DNA from: an uncultured Actinomycetes bacterium
GTDB lineage: Bacteria > Actinomycetota > Thermoleophilia > RBG-16-64-13
Assembly (NCBI GenBank): GCA_963841735.1
Contig: CAWJDT010000001.1
Span: 640,001 to 704,000 of the forward strand
DNA length: 64,000 nucleotides
Reading direction: 5' to 3'
This document shows positions 21,497 to 31,736 of the stretch, one piece after another. The notes under the pieces are model-generated. The model ran no database searches, had not been told where the DNA came from, and saw nothing but the letters and a program-made list of their open reading frames with translations. Each line of letters opens with the position of its first letter. Position 1 is the stretch's first letter. A program made the translations under genes and the position numbers.

Positions 21497-23646
21497 GTCG
21501 CGCCACTCCGACTCCCCCGACGAGCGACGCGCCGAGGCTGTCCATAGTCATCGGCTGAGCCCAGGAACACCTGCGCCGCGAACCCTGGTAGCGCCCGCTG
21601 TCTACGGAGGCGCTTAGGGTCGGTGGCCAAGCGGTGCAACCACTCCATGCTCGCCCTCTGAGCCCATTGGGGAGCCCGCTTGACGACCCCAGCCCACACG
21701 TCCAAGGTGCCCCCCACACCTAGGGCCACTGAAGCTCCTAACACATGACGATGCCGATATAGAAAGATCTCCTGCCGGGGAGCTCCCATGCCGACGAGAA
21801 GAATGTCGGCCCCAGAGTCGCGCACTCTGTAAACGACTTCCTCCTCCTCAGCTGGGGAGAAGTATCCATGGTGAGTCCCGGCCACCTTCAGCCCAGACAG
21901 CTGTGCGACCTGCCGCAGGGCTGCCTGCTCGGCCACCCCTTCGGCCGCACCAAGGAAGTACACAGATAGTCCACGCTCCGCCGCCAGCTCGAGCACGCGT
22001 TGCGCCAGGTCGATCCCGGTGACGCGTTCAAGTGCGGCGCCGGTGGCCGTCTGTCGCGCTCCCAGCCGATGGGCCGCCCACACCGCACCCACTCCGTCTG
22101 GATAGCAGAGGTCGGCTTCCAGCAGCGCCTCGGCCGCGGCTGGGTCGCGCTGGGCGCGCATCACCAGTTCCGGGTTGAACGAGACTGCGAGGGCGGTGCG
22201 GCCGAGGGGCCTCGCAGCATTATCGGCCGCCGAGATCGTCCACTCAGCTGCCTGATCAAGCGTGACGACATCCAACGGAAAGCCCAACACCGTGAGCGAC
22301 GACCAGGGCGGCGGCGGCGCGCTTTCGGGCTGCGCATCCACGAGTGGCCCAGCTGCTTCGCCCGCCATGGTCGGCTTCTCGGTGGGCGCCAGGGGGGTAG
22401 AGCCCGCCAAGCTCAAGGCCGCACGACGATACACTTCCGCGTACGCGGCGGCGGCCTGTAGGTGAGAGTGATTGGCCACCACGTAACCACTCGCGGCCGC
22501 GGCCAACCGCTCACCCAGTTCCGGAGCGGAGGCCAACCTCAGAATTGCCGCCGCAAGCGCCTCCGCGCTCTCCGATACCAACAGGCCGGTCACGCCATCC
22601 TCCAACATCTGTGCCAAACCACCGACGTCGCCCGCAATCAACGGCCGGCCGGACGCCATGGCCTCAAGCGCCGAAAGCGAGGTCGCTTCTTCCACATTCG
22701 CAGAGTGTACCGAGGGGACAAGAACGACATCGGCTACGCGATAGAGATCCCGAATTGCCTCGCGGCTCTGCCCCCCTAGGAGACGAACGTCCCCTTCCAA
22801 GCGATTGTCCCGGATGATCCGCTCTATTTCGCCCCGCTCACCACCGTCTCCGGCGTGCAGCAGCAAGAAGCGCCCCCGATCGGTCTCATCCATTGTGGCC
22901 AGAGCGAGGGAGGGATAGATCACGCCGTTCTTCTTCACCAGCCGCCGAGGACAGAAGAGTACGATCTTGCCCTCGGGGATGTCCCAAGTCCGTCGCGATT
23001 CGCGGCGCAGGCGCTCCTCTTCAACCGCATCGTCGAGCGGCGCAAAAGCGGAGGTATCGATGAAATTGGCGAGCGTATAGATGCACTCGGCCTTTTCGGG
23101 CACCAGGCGCAGGGCGTATTGATACAGGCGCCTATCTACAGTGACGATCGCGTCAGCCAGACGTAGCCCCCTCATCTCCGCCCGCATCAGGTAGTTCCGG
23201 CCCATCCGCGAGGCGTCGGTGTAGCCTTCTGATACCGATTCATAGAGGGGATAGCCATGTAGCGTAAGCACCAGTGGCAGTCCATACTCGTCGGCCACCT
23301 CACGCAGGTAAGGCACCGAATACACCTCTTGCGCGTTGATGACCGTCCCGGAAACGTTCGCGCCACTCTTGGCCATGCGGGCTAGATCGCGCGAAGCCGC
23401 GGAAGCAAGCATGCGAGATCGGGCCTCCGCCGAGTACACCATGCCCCAGCCGCACCGCACGCGGTTAAGCGCACCCGCCGGCCACGTCAGCCGAGCTTTG
23501 CGCACAAACGTCGGCATGGTTCCCCCCGGACAGAATGTCCGTACTTCGTGACCAAGTTGCTCAAGCCCACGAGCCAACATGGCGACATGCGTTCTGATAC
23601 CACCGATTTGATCGGGGTCGCCCGTCGTAAGAAGCAACGCTCTCAT
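21493..23646 (-). CDS. Fusion of a GT4 glycosyltransferase and a WecG/TagA/CpsF (GT26) glycosyltransferase
   Basis: N-half: GGIRTHV, RRLVKKNG, EATSLSALEAMASG; C-half: FNPELV, PDGVG, RVTGIDL, GTHHGYF, VGMGAPRQE, GVGGTLDV..KRAP. Confidence 0.88.
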   Translation of the reverse strand: MRALLLTTGDPDQIGGIRTHVAMLARGLEQLGHEVRTFCPGGTMPTFVRKARLTWPAGALNRVRCGWGMVYSAEARSRMLASAASRDLARMAKSGANVSGTVINAQEVYSVPYLREVADEYGLPLVLTLHGYPLYESVSEGYTDASRMGRNYLMRAEMRGLRLADAIVTVDRRLYQYALRLVPEKAECIYTLANFIDTSAFAPLDDAVEEERLRRESRRTWDIPEGKIVLFCPRRLVKKNGVIYPSLALATMDETDRGRFLLLHAGDGGERGEIERIIRDNRLEGDVRLLGGQSREAIRDLYRVADVVLVPSVHSANVEEATSLSALEAMASGRPLIAGDVGGLAQMLEDGVTGLLVSESAEALAAAILRLASAPELGERLAAAASGYVVANHSHLQAAAAYAEVYRRAALSLAGSTPLAPTEKPTMAGEAAGPLVDAQPESAPPPPWSSLTVLGFPLDVVTLDQAAEWTISAADNAARPLGRTALAVSFNPELVMRAQRDPAAAEALLEADLCYPDGVGAVWAAHRLGARQTATGAALERVTGIDLAQRVLELAAERGLSVYFLGAAEGVAEQAALRQVAQLSGLKVAGTHHGYFSPAEEEEVVYRVRDSGADILLVGMGAPRQEIFLYRHRHVLGASVALGVGGTLDVWAGVVKRAPQWAQRASMEWLHRLATDPKRLRRQRALPGFAAQVFLGSADDYGQPRRVARRGSRSGAT

Positions 23647-23668
23647 GGCCTAGCCCTTCTAATATCGC

Positions 23669-24934
23669 TCATATTGTGGTCGCCCTACCCAAACGAACCA
23701 AAGCTTCCTCGACCAGCGCCGATATCTGCTCCACCCGGACTTCCCACGTGTTCTCGCTGGCAAGCGCAACACGAGCCGCCCGTTTGTCAGGCCCATCTTC
23801 GACGATAGCTCTGCGCACCAATCCGGGGTAATCCTCAGGGCTGCTGGCGATTCCGACCATCCCTGCAAACCTCTCGAGTTCCGGGAGACCTCCTGTGACC
23901 ACAGGCACCCCGGCCGCTAGGTACTCGAAGAACTTCAACGGAAAGATGTTACGGGTGAGGTCGCTCGTGTTGTAGGGTATGAGAGCGACTGCTAAGCCTT
24001 TGAGGTAGCCCGGCAGCTCTGTCCGCGGCTTCTGGCCCAGCAAGTGGATGTTGGACTGCCGACGCAGGCGAGCCTCGTCCACCTGCCCAGTCTTGACCGG
24101 ACCGATCAACACGATCTGCCAACTGGGTTCAGCTCGTGCGATCACTTCCAGCGCTTCCACATCGAGGCGGGAGTCGTGCAGGCCCACGACCCCAAGGCGC
24201 GGAGCCGGAATATCCGCGAGATCGGCGGGGAGCGGGAGAGAGGGGTCGAGAGCTAGGTTGAAGATCTCCACGTCGGCGGCGTTGAACACGGTGTGGGTGT
24301 TGGGGTTCAACGCCTCGCGCGTCGTCCGAAGGCTATCCGCCGTTGTTATCACCAGATCTGCCCGGCGCGTCAGTTCGTCGTCGTAGCCTTTGACGACCCC
24401 GGGGGACACGAATCCGGGAAAAGCAGAGTGCTCGTCAACGCAATGGTAGACAACGAGCGAGGGCCGGCGACCAGCGGCCGGCCGCCGAGCCGCCTTGGTC
24501 TCGACCAGCGTCGCCTCAGACTCGGCTGAAGCCGCACGTACGCCCAGGGAATCAAGCAGTATCACCGAGGTCGGCAGGTACGTCCAGAATATGTAGTCGT
24601 CCTCGAAATGAAGACGGCCCATCGCCCAACGCACGTACCGAGCAAGAACTGCCTGGTTTGCGCGGTTTAACACCGGCTTCTTGTTCCCGAATGGAAGAAA
24701 GGGGGGAGGGGTCAAAGTCCACAAACCGGCCTCCCGCTGTCTGAGACGCGGCACAACCGCAGCCCAGCGCCGCCAGTACCCAGGCACCTTGAACGGTGCA
24801 AGCATGGTAACCGGTTCCTCAACATAGAGCACTCTGTTGCCCTGAGCAAGTCGGCGCATTATCTGCTGCTTGCTTGTCAACATGGCGCCCCAATCAAGTG
24901 AGGAAATGCAGACAATGTCTTTACCGCCGAACAT
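23669..24934 (-). CDS. Glycosyltransferase (GT4, TuaH-like)
   Basis: NRVLYVE, VVYHCVDEH, FPLKFFEYLAAGVPVV. Confidence 0.85.
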   Translation of the reverse strand: MFGGKDIVCISSLDWGAMLTSKQQIMRRLAQGNRVLYVEEPVTMLAPFKVPGYWRRWAAVVPRLRQREAGLWTLTPPPFLPFGNKKPVLNRANQAVLARYVRWAMGRLHFEDDYIFWTYLPTSVILLDSLGVRAASAESEATLVETKAARRPAAGRRPSLVVYHCVDEHSAFPGFVSPGVVKGYDDELTRRADLVITTADSLRTTREALNPNTHTVFNAADVEIFNLALDPSLPLPADLADIPAPRLGVVGLHDSRLDVEALEVIARAEPSWQIVLIGPVKTGQVDEARLRRQSNIHLLGQKPRTELPGYLKGLAVALIPYNTSDLTRNIFPLKFFEYLAAGVPVVTGGLPELERFAGMVGIASSPEDYPGLVRRAIVEDGPDKRAARVALASENTWEVRVEQISALVEEALVRLGRATTI

Positions 24935-24953
24935 GCGACCTCACTTGCCGAGT

Positions 24954-26168
24954 CTAGAAATCATGGCTCCGCGGAACCAGGCAGCGCTCGTAAGCCCGGA
25001 GTGTTCGGGCAGCCGTCTCTTCTGCCGTAAACACGGAACGCACGCGCAAAGCCCCGGCCACGCCCATCCGCGCGCGCAAAGTGGAATCGCCCAGCAAGGT
25101 GGCGGCGCGCTCGGCCAGCGCGGATACGAGGGCGCGCCGCTCCTGATCGCGGGCCACTACGTAGCCGGTCTCTCCATCGACCACGGCCTCAGCCACTCCA
25201 CCTGCCGATGTGGTCACCACTGGAAGCCCGGCCGCCATAGCCTCCAGAACCGCCATAGAGACCCCACCTTCGAACTCTGAAGTTACGAGGTAGACATCAA
25301 GAGTATTAAGCACAGAGTCGACGTCATCCCTGCGGCCCATGAAACGAACAGCTCCGGCCAGCGCAGGCTCGGCCGCAAGTTCCTCAAGGCGCTCCCGCTC
25401 GGGTCCGTCACCCACAATCACAAGCTCGATGTCTGGATGAGTCAGCCGCAGCAGGGCCACCACCTCGAGCATGAGGCCTAGGTCCTTCACGGCCACCAAC
25501 CGGGCTACTGTCCCTATCCGAGGTCTTCCGGTCTTGAGTGCATCCAGACGACCCCTTGGCTCAGCCCCCTCATTGAGAACGGCCTCTCCACCGATCGCAC
25601 CGTCGATGCCGCTCGAACTTATCTCTAGGCCCGAGCGCACTACCAGAAGCCGGTCCGCGGGATAACCCCTCTCGACAAGAACAGCCCTGAGAGCGTCAGA
25701 GACACATATGATCCGGTCGACCCAGCCCAGCGTCGCTCGATCCAATGTCTCGTATAACCTGCCTACGTGAGGATCGCCATAGTCGAGCCGCAAATCAGAG
25801 TGAACGGTCGTGAAGAGACAGGGACGATTTCGCACTCCTCGGGTAGCGATGCGGGTTGCGAGATTCGCACGCATGCCGTGTGTGTGCACCACGCCCCACC
25901 GCGAAGCCAGCGAGCGACTCGGCGGTCCGGCGACAACAGTGCGTCGCAATGCTCCCATGACTCGAGGGTCCCACGCTCCGGCCATGGGGAGCACGGTGAC
26001 GGAGAGACCTCGTCGTCCGGCCTCCCGAGCGAGTCCTCCGTCGCCTAGGCAAAGAAGGTGCGGGTCACAGTCCATCCGCTGCAGCGCCGAGAGCAGTGGC
26101 AGAAGGTGGCTCATGGCCCCGCCCGTGTCACCACCCCCGATAACGTGCAGGACCTGCAAGTTGCTCAC
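24954..26168 (-). CDS. Glycosyltransferase family 4
   Basis: VLHVIGGGDTGGA, HTHGMRAN, TTVHSD, VARLVAVKD, EGGVSMAVLEAMAAGLPVV. Confidence 0.88.
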   Translation of the reverse strand: MSNLQVLHVIGGGDTGGAMSHLLPLLSALQRMDCDPHLLCLGDGGLAREAGRRGLSVTVLPMAGAWDPRVMGALRRTVVAGPPSRSLASRWGVVHTHGMRANLATRIATRGVRNRPCLFTTVHSDLRLDYGDPHVGRLYETLDRATLGWVDRIICVSDALRAVLVERGYPADRLLVVRSGLEISSSGIDGAIGGEAVLNEGAEPRGRLDALKTGRPRIGTVARLVAVKDLGLMLEVVALLRLTHPDIELVIVGDGPERERLEELAAEPALAGAVRFMGRRDDVDSVLNTLDVYLVTSEFEGGVSMAVLEAMAAGLPVVTTSAGGVAEAVVDGETGYVVARDQERRALVSALAERAATLLGDSTLRARMGVAGALRVRSVFTAEETAARTLRAYERCLVPRSHDF

Positions 26169-28177
26169 CGGGCCTCCTTATATGGCGCCCTCGTGTCGGC
26201 CGGCGAACCGGTCCGCGCTACCGCGGCGCTTGAGGTCGCCTCTTGCCCTATCTGCAGCGACGCTCCCGTCGCCAGGCCGGCAAGAAACCAGAACCCAAGG
26301 GCGACCACGAGCGTTTCCCACACGCTTGCAGTCACGTTCGCCACCGCCACCGCGATGAAGGCTCCAAACGTACCTGCTGCCAGCCCCCGTAGATACGGGT
26401 CAGGGCAGATCCGATGCCCCCTCACCAGCCCTCTGGCCGCCGACAAAAGGACCCATACGAAGAGTCCCAAAAGGAGCAGTCCGCCCTCGGCCGCCAGTTG
26501 AAGATAGAAATTGTCCACCCACAGGCCGCTGTACGCGAACCTCACAGCGCTGGTACCGCCGAACGTCCCCAGCCCCAGCCCAAACAAGGGGTGCGCCGCT
26601 ATCTGCCTAAGAGAGTACGTCCACACGTACAGACGTCCGAACGCCATACTCTGGGCGATATAGGTGGAACTGAAAGCGAAAGTCAGCCGGCTGACCAGCA
26701 CCCGCGGCATAGCAAACCAACCCACCAACCCCACAGTGAGGAGCGCCGCAAGGTAACGACGATGCGCCAGGATGAGGAGGGCGATGATCCCCGCGATCAG
26801 GCCCAGCCATCCCCCCCGGCTGAAAGTCACCGCTTCTCCGCAAAGCAGAATCACACAGGCGAGGCCCGTCGCTCCACGCTGAAGGCGGCTCTGTCCTTTA
26901 GACAGGGTGAGCCCCATAGAGACGAGCGCTCCTATGAGCAAGAACGCCCCCAGGCCGTTGGGGTTCTCGATGATGGAATACGCTCGGGTGCCTATTGCCA
27001 CCTCCCGGATATCAACCCAGTGACTCGGCATGGGTGCGTGGCTGATGTACTGGTATATCCCGTGGAGCGCCAGAGCCACGCTCGCCAGGAGGAACACCGC
27101 CACGGTCCACTGCACCAAGCGCTTGGTCTTCGGGAAGAGGAAGCCGAGGAAGTAGAACAACATAGGTTGAAAGATAAGCCTCAAGGCAAACACGCCCACA
27201 TTCCCAGGGACATGCTGCAGGACAACTGAACCAAGCCCGGCGAGCAACGCGAGCATCACAGGAAGTGTGATCGGTACGGTCCAGAGCACCGATCTCCGCC
27301 TGGCGATCAGGCATCCCAGAAGCAGCAGCAAGCACAAGAGCACGAAGGCTTCGTCCCAGGCCGCACCCAACCCCCCGAGACTCCGGCGAGCAATCCAATC
27401 AGCCCAAGGGAACGCAGCGGCCGCAAGCATCATCACCTCCGGCCGCCACAACACCAACGCAAGCAGGCACAGGGCCACAGCGAAGACCACTACCCTTGTC
27501 GCGGCAGACGGACCTCCGAGGCCGGCTACCACCCCGGCGGCGAGAGCCAAGGCCATGCCCGCCCCCAACGGGCCGGCGAGACTCCTCCAAGAAGGGCTCG
27601 CAACTCTTCCGACGTGCTCGCGGCTCGTCATCACAGAACCACGCGACCCTTCGACCACCGCGGCAAAGGCCCGTGAAGCCCCCCGCAGAAGGACGCTCTG
27701 CCTGACAGCGGAGCCAAACCGAGGCCCAAGCCCCAGGACTAAGGCGCCCGCCACCATGAGACATACCGAGGCGATCCGGCGACCCCCTGAGTCCGCAGGC
27801 TCCGACGCCAGCAACCCGACCCCCAAGGCAAGAATGCCCGCCCCCACAACCCATAGCCACGCGCCTGCTGCAAAAGCGGAGCGCGAGACTGCGGGCCTGC
27901 CGACGCGAACCACGCGCGCGCCAACATCACCGACACTCTTCTTGAGCCCGAGATAGAGCCAAGCAAGGGCGGATACCGCCGCCGACCGGTCGCCAAGGGC
28001 CAAAGGACGAGGGAGCGGTGCACGGCCAAAAAGGCGGCTGTCCGTGCAGGTTCGGCCCGCGGCCGCGGCTCCGGCGCAGACAACACGGCCGCTCAGCGAT
28101 AAACGCGCCGCCCCAACGATCCAGGCGACGGCTCGGCGGGCAGCGCGGCATACAAGAGAACCTCTAAGAATATTCAT
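26165..28177 (-). CDS. O-antigen ligase/Wzy-family membrane protein with long N-terminal extension
   Basis: RAYSIIENPNGLG, TFSRGGW, GRLYVW, HPLFGLGLG, DNFYLQLAAEGG; multiple TM segments. Confidence 0.85.
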   Translation of the reverse strand: MNILRGSLVCRAARRAVAWIVGAARLSLSGRVVCAGAAAAGRTCTDSRLFGRAPLPRPLALGDRSAAVSALAWLYLGLKKSVGDVGARVVRVGRPAVSRSAFAAGAWLWVVGAGILALGVGLLASEPADSGGRRIASVCLMVAGALVLGLGPRFGSAVRQSVLLRGASRAFAAVVEGSRGSVMTSREHVGRVASPSWRSLAGPLGAGMALALAAGVVAGLGGPSAATRVVVFAVALCLLALVLWRPEVMMLAAAAFPWADWIARRSLGGLGAAWDEAFVLLCLLLLLGCLIARRRSVLWTVPITLPVMLALLAGLGSVVLQHVPGNVGVFALRLIFQPMLFYFLGFLFPKTKRLVQWTVAVFLLASVALALHGIYQYISHAPMPSHWVDIREVAIGTRAYSIIENPNGLGAFLLIGALVSMGLTLSKGQSRLQRGATGLACVILLCGEAVTFSRGGWLGLIAGIIALLILAHRRYLAALLTVGLVGWFAMPRVLVSRLTFAFSSTYIAQSMAFGRLYVWTYSLRQIAAHPLFGLGLGTFGGTSAVRFAYSGLWVDNFYLQLAAEGGLLLLGLFVWVLLSAARGLVRGHRICPDPYLRGLAAGTFGAFIAVAVANVTASVWETLVVALGFWFLAGLATGASLQIGQEATSSAAVARTGSPADTRAPYKEAR

Positions 28178-28221
28178 GCCGCGTCCCTGTCCACACCGGG
28201 CTTCTCTGGGAGTCGCGCCCG

Positions 28222-28722
28222 CTACTTGGTCGCCTCCTCGCCCCAGACCACACTCCGTATGACCGTCGCGATCTCAAACCCCGCACCGACAAGCGTGACC
28301 CTCTTGCCTACGCGCATGGGCACACTCCCGATGCGCACAGAGGAACCGGAAACCACGCCCTCGCCCAACACCTCAATGCTCACGTCGCTGAATATCGGCG
28401 AGTCAAAGGCTTTCAGCTCGTCTGCGCCGGTGAAGAACTCCTCGCGGGTGGGAGTCACCATGACCTCCTGCACCTTCCCGAAGGCCGTTCCCCCATCATC
28501 TGTCACAGTACCCTCGATGTCCAGCGCAGCCAATTGCGCCGACTGGACCCTCTCGGCGGCAAAGCTAACCCGCACCGGAACAGTATCCACAGTCGCGTCT
28601 TTGAAGCGCACCGTCGCAAGAACCACGACTCCCACGATCACCAAGAGCACGAGGGCGTCGATAATGTTCACCTTGCCGAGAATTCGCCCGCGCTCATCTA
28701 GAAAGCGGCTCATTGCCACCAT
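28222..28722 (-). CDS. DUF4330-family protein
   Basis: FLDERGRILGKVNIID followed by a TM helix, typical of the DUF4330 N-terminus. Confidence 0.7.
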   Translation of the reverse strand: MVAMSRFLDERGRILGKVNIIDALVLLVIVGVVVLATVRFKDATVDTVPVRVSFAAERVQSAQLAALDIEGTVTDDGGTAFGKVQEVMVTPTREEFFTGADELKAFDSPIFSDVSIEVLGEGVVSGSSVRIGSVPMRVGKRVTLVGAGFEIATVIRSVVWGEEATK

Positions 28723-28844
28723 CCTTAACGTAGTAATGCCGGTGTATCGGACTGCCCGAATTCTATCGGAATAGCCCGGTGATGCCCACTGCGTACCTTG
28801 CCATCGCCCTTGTAGTGGGCCTAGGCTTGGGCTACAGTCCGAAT

Positions 28845-29990
28845 ATGCCTGAACCCGTCGTATTCATAGCTTTTGGCACCCGCCCCGAGGCCATCAAGAT
28901 GGCTCCGGTAGTGCTCGAGCTGCGCCGGCGCGGAATCTTTCGGGTCATCACCTGCCTCACCGGCCAGCACCGGGAAATGCTCGACCAGGTCATCGAGGCC
29001 TTCGACCTACCGGTCGACCATGACTTGAAGATCATGCGCGAGCGCCAATCGCTGGGCCACATCACTTCGTCCGCGCTGGGCGGGGTCGAGACTCTGCTGG
29101 AGTCCGAGAAGCCCGACCTGGTGATGGTCCATGGAGACACCACCACCACCTTCGCCGCCGCATTGGCCGCCTTCTACCACAAGATTCCAGTAGCCCACGT
29201 CGAGGCGGGGCTGAGAACCGATGACCTCTACAACCCTTTCCCCGAGGAGATGAACCGCCGCCTCGCCGACCGGCTCACCCAGATCCACTACGCTCCTACC
29301 AGTGGCGCCCAAGAGGCTCTGCTGCGTGAAGGCACACCCTCCGAGAGCATCTTGATCACCGGAAACACCGTGATCGACGCCCTTCTGACTACCGCCGCCA
29401 CCGCGGTCCCCGAATGGGAGCCCAAGATCTCCCAGGCGCTGACGCAGCCAGGCCCCAAGGTGCTGGTCACAGTGCATCGCCGAGAGAGTTGGGGGACGCC
29501 CATGGAGCGAGTGGCTGAGGCGATAAAGCAGGTATGCGGGCGCGCCCCGCAGGTGACCTTCATCTTTCCCATCCACCTCAACCCAGTGGTGCGGACCACC
29601 TTCCGGGAGGCTCTGGGCGAGGTCTCCCAGGTTGTGTTCACCGAGCCGCTCCCCTATAGGCCGTTCGTGCATCTCATGAAGGCCGTCGACGTGGTGATCA
29701 CAGACTCAGGCGGAGTCCAGGAAGAAGCCCCCACCCTCGGAAAGCCAGTTCTGGTGATGCGCGACACCACCGAGCGTCCGGAAGGCATCGAGGCAGGCAC
29801 CGCCCGCTTGGTCGGCACCAACAGCGAGACCATCGCGCGGGAACTCCTACTGTTGCTGAACAACCGCGCCGCCTATGAGCGGATGGCCACAGCCGTCAAT
29901 CCCTACGGAGACGGTCGGGCGGCGGTACGCATCGCCGACCACCTGGAGTACCACTTCGGCCTGCGCGCGGCTCCCCCGAAGCCTTTCTAG
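28845..29990 (+). CDS. wecB: UDP-N-acetylglucosamine 2-epimerase (non-hydrolysing)
   Basis: FGTRPEAIKMAP, TGQHREML, HVEAGLR, PFPEEMNR, TDSGGVQEEAP, NPYGDG. Confidence 0.96.
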   Translation: MPEPVVFIAFGTRPEAIKMAPVVLELRRRGIFRVITCLTGQHREMLDQVIEAFDLPVDHDLKIMRERQSLGHITSSALGGVETLLESEKPDLVMVHGDTTTTFAAALAAFYHKIPVAHVEAGLRTDDLYNPFPEEMNRRLADRLTQIHYAPTSGAQEALLREGTPSESILITGNTVIDALLTTAATAVPEWEPKISQALTQPGPKVLVTVHRRESWGTPMERVAEAIKQVCGRAPQVTFIFPIHLNPVVRTTFREALGEVSQVVFTEPLPYRPFVHLMKAVDVVITDSGGVQEEAPTLGKPVLVMRDTTERPEGIEAGTARLVGTNSETIARELLLLLNNRAAYERMATAVNPYGDGRAAVRIADHLEYHFGLRAAPPKPF

Positions 29991-30029
29991 CAGAGACCCA
30001 CCCGGCGCGCCGGCGGTCGCGCGGCGCCC

Positions 30030-30884
30030 TTACGTCCGCGCGCGGCCCCGGGCGATGAGGCCGGCAGCGGCTCCGGCCCCCACGCCGTTGTCGATGTTCA
30101 CTGCCACCAGCCCCGGGGAGCAACTCTGCAGCATGGAGTAGAGCGCCGCCGTGCCGTCGCCACCCAGGCCGTATCCGGTCGAAGTGGGCACTCCCACCAC
30201 CGGGATGTCCACAAGCCCCGCGATGACAGAAGGCAGTGCGCCCTCCATGCCCGCGCAGACCACTAGGACGTCGGCCCCGCTCTCCAACATGTGGCCAAGA
30301 GGTTCGGCCAACCGATGCAGGCCGGCGACTCCGACGTCATATCCACGCTCGATCCTGCAGCCCATGTGACTGATCACCAGAGCCGCTTCCTCGGCCACGG
30401 GAATGTCCGACGTGCCCGCGGTGAGCAGGCCCACACACCCACGCTCCTCGGGCGGCCTGTAAGCTGAGGTGTGAGCGCTGAGTATGCGAGACCTTTCCTG
30501 ATAGACCACCTCCGGCGCCTCCCCAGCTCTGGCGCCGCCGAAACCCTCGCTTGAACTAAGGGTGGCCGCGGGAAGGCTCGTCAGAATGCGCTCCAGGCGC
30601 CTGCCCCGTTCTGGCCCCAGCCGGGTTACCAGAACAAACCCCCGCTCAACCAGACAGTGCGCCGCGATGGCTTCCAGATCGTCGTCACTCTTCCGGGAGG
30701 CGTAGATGACCTCGGGCACGCCCTTCCGCAGATCGCGGTTGGTGTCCAGCCTGGCGAAGTCGCCCAATTGCGCCACCTGGAACAGCCGCAGCTTCTGCAG
30801 CGCCTGGTCGGGGTCTATCTCCCCGGCGGCCAACCCCTCCAGGAGCCTGCGCAGGTCGGCGTCGTGTCGGCTGTCGTTACTCAA
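30030..30884 (-). CDS. larB: Nickel pincer cofactor biosynthesis protein LarB (PurE-like)
   Basis: ARLDTNR..RKGVPEVIY, AGTSDIPVAEEA, DVGVAGLHRL, AGMEGALPSV, PTSTGYG, VNIDNGVGA. Confidence 0.9.
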   Translation of the reverse strand: MSNDSRHDADLRRLLEGLAAGEIDPDQALQKLRLFQVAQLGDFARLDTNRDLRKGVPEVIYASRKSDDDLEAIAAHCLVERGFVLVTRLGPERGRRLERILTSLPAATLSSSEGFGGARAGEAPEVVYQERSRILSAHTSAYRPPEERGCVGLLTAGTSDIPVAEEAALVISHMGCRIERGYDVGVAGLHRLAEPLGHMLESGADVLVVCAGMEGALPSVIAGLVDIPVVGVPTSTGYGLGGDGTAALYSMLQSCSPGLVAVNIDNGVGAGAAAGLIARGRART

Positions 30885-31720
30885 AGAGCAAACACCTTTC
30901 GGGCATTGTCGCCCTCCGCCGCCGCTCGTTGATGGGGCGTGAGGCATTCGAATCCGGCAAGGTAGCGCGCGGGAGACAGCAGCGGAAAGTCGCTGCCGAA
31001 GATGAGCTTGTCTGAGCCGGCGCAGGCCACCGCCACCTCGTAGACTCGGGGCTGGTACAAGTAGGGGACTGCAGCTGTGTCGTAGTAGACGTCGGCCAGC
31101 ACTTCGCGCACCTCCGGCATCAGTTCGTACAGAAAGAGCCCTCCACCCATGTGTGAGAAGACAAGCTTCAGCCCAGGGTAGGCCTTAGCCAGAGCCAGGC
31201 AGAGCTCTGGAGAGAACCGGCCCTTGCCGGGGTACTCGTGGCCCACGGGCTCGCTGGCATGGATCACCAAGGGGAGGCCGCGCTCGCGCAAACAACCAGC
31301 CACGGGGGCCAGATCGGCGAGCAGATCCGCGTCGGCCGGATCGGGCGCCAACTCCCCGCAGCCGCTCAAGCCCGCATTGAGACAGCGCTCCAACTCAGCC
31401 CCGGAGCCCGGGTCTCCTTGGGCAACGCAGGCCAACCCGGCCAACCGATCCGGACGACTTCTGACGGCCTCGATCACATAGTCGTTGACCAGGCGGCACA
31501 GCCCTGGGTCTCTGAACGCAAAGCCGAAGACGATCGACACGCCCACGCCCACCTCGTCCATGTGGGCCACCACCTCTTCGGCGGTTGCCATGCGGGCTAC
31601 CGGCGACCGATAAAGGGCCTCGAAGCGGGCATCCCGGTTGAGAAAGGCTTTCCTGTCGCCCACCATCTCGGGCGGGAACACGTGGACGTGAGCATCCACG
31701 ACCCCGCCGGCCCGCGGCAT
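30881..31720 (-). CDS. Amidohydrolase_2 family metal-dependent hydrolase
   Basis: VDAHVHVFP, HASEPVGH.YPGKG, SHMGGG, YDTAA, FGSDFPL. Confidence 0.88.
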   Translation of the reverse strand: MPRAGGVVDAHVHVFPPEMVGDRKAFLNRDARFEALYRSPVARMATAEEVVAHMDEVGVGVSIVFGFAFRDPGLCRLVNDYVIEAVRSRPDRLAGLACVAQGDPGSGAELERCLNAGLSGCGELAPDPADADLLADLAPVAGCLRERGLPLVIHASEPVGHEYPGKGRFSPELCLALAKAYPGLKLVFSHMGGGLFLYELMPEVREVLADVYYDTAAVPYLYQPRVYEVAVACAGSDKLIFGSDFPLLSPARYLAGFECLTPHQRAAAEGDNARKVFAL

Positions 31721-31736
31721 GACCCTCCCGGGGGTG

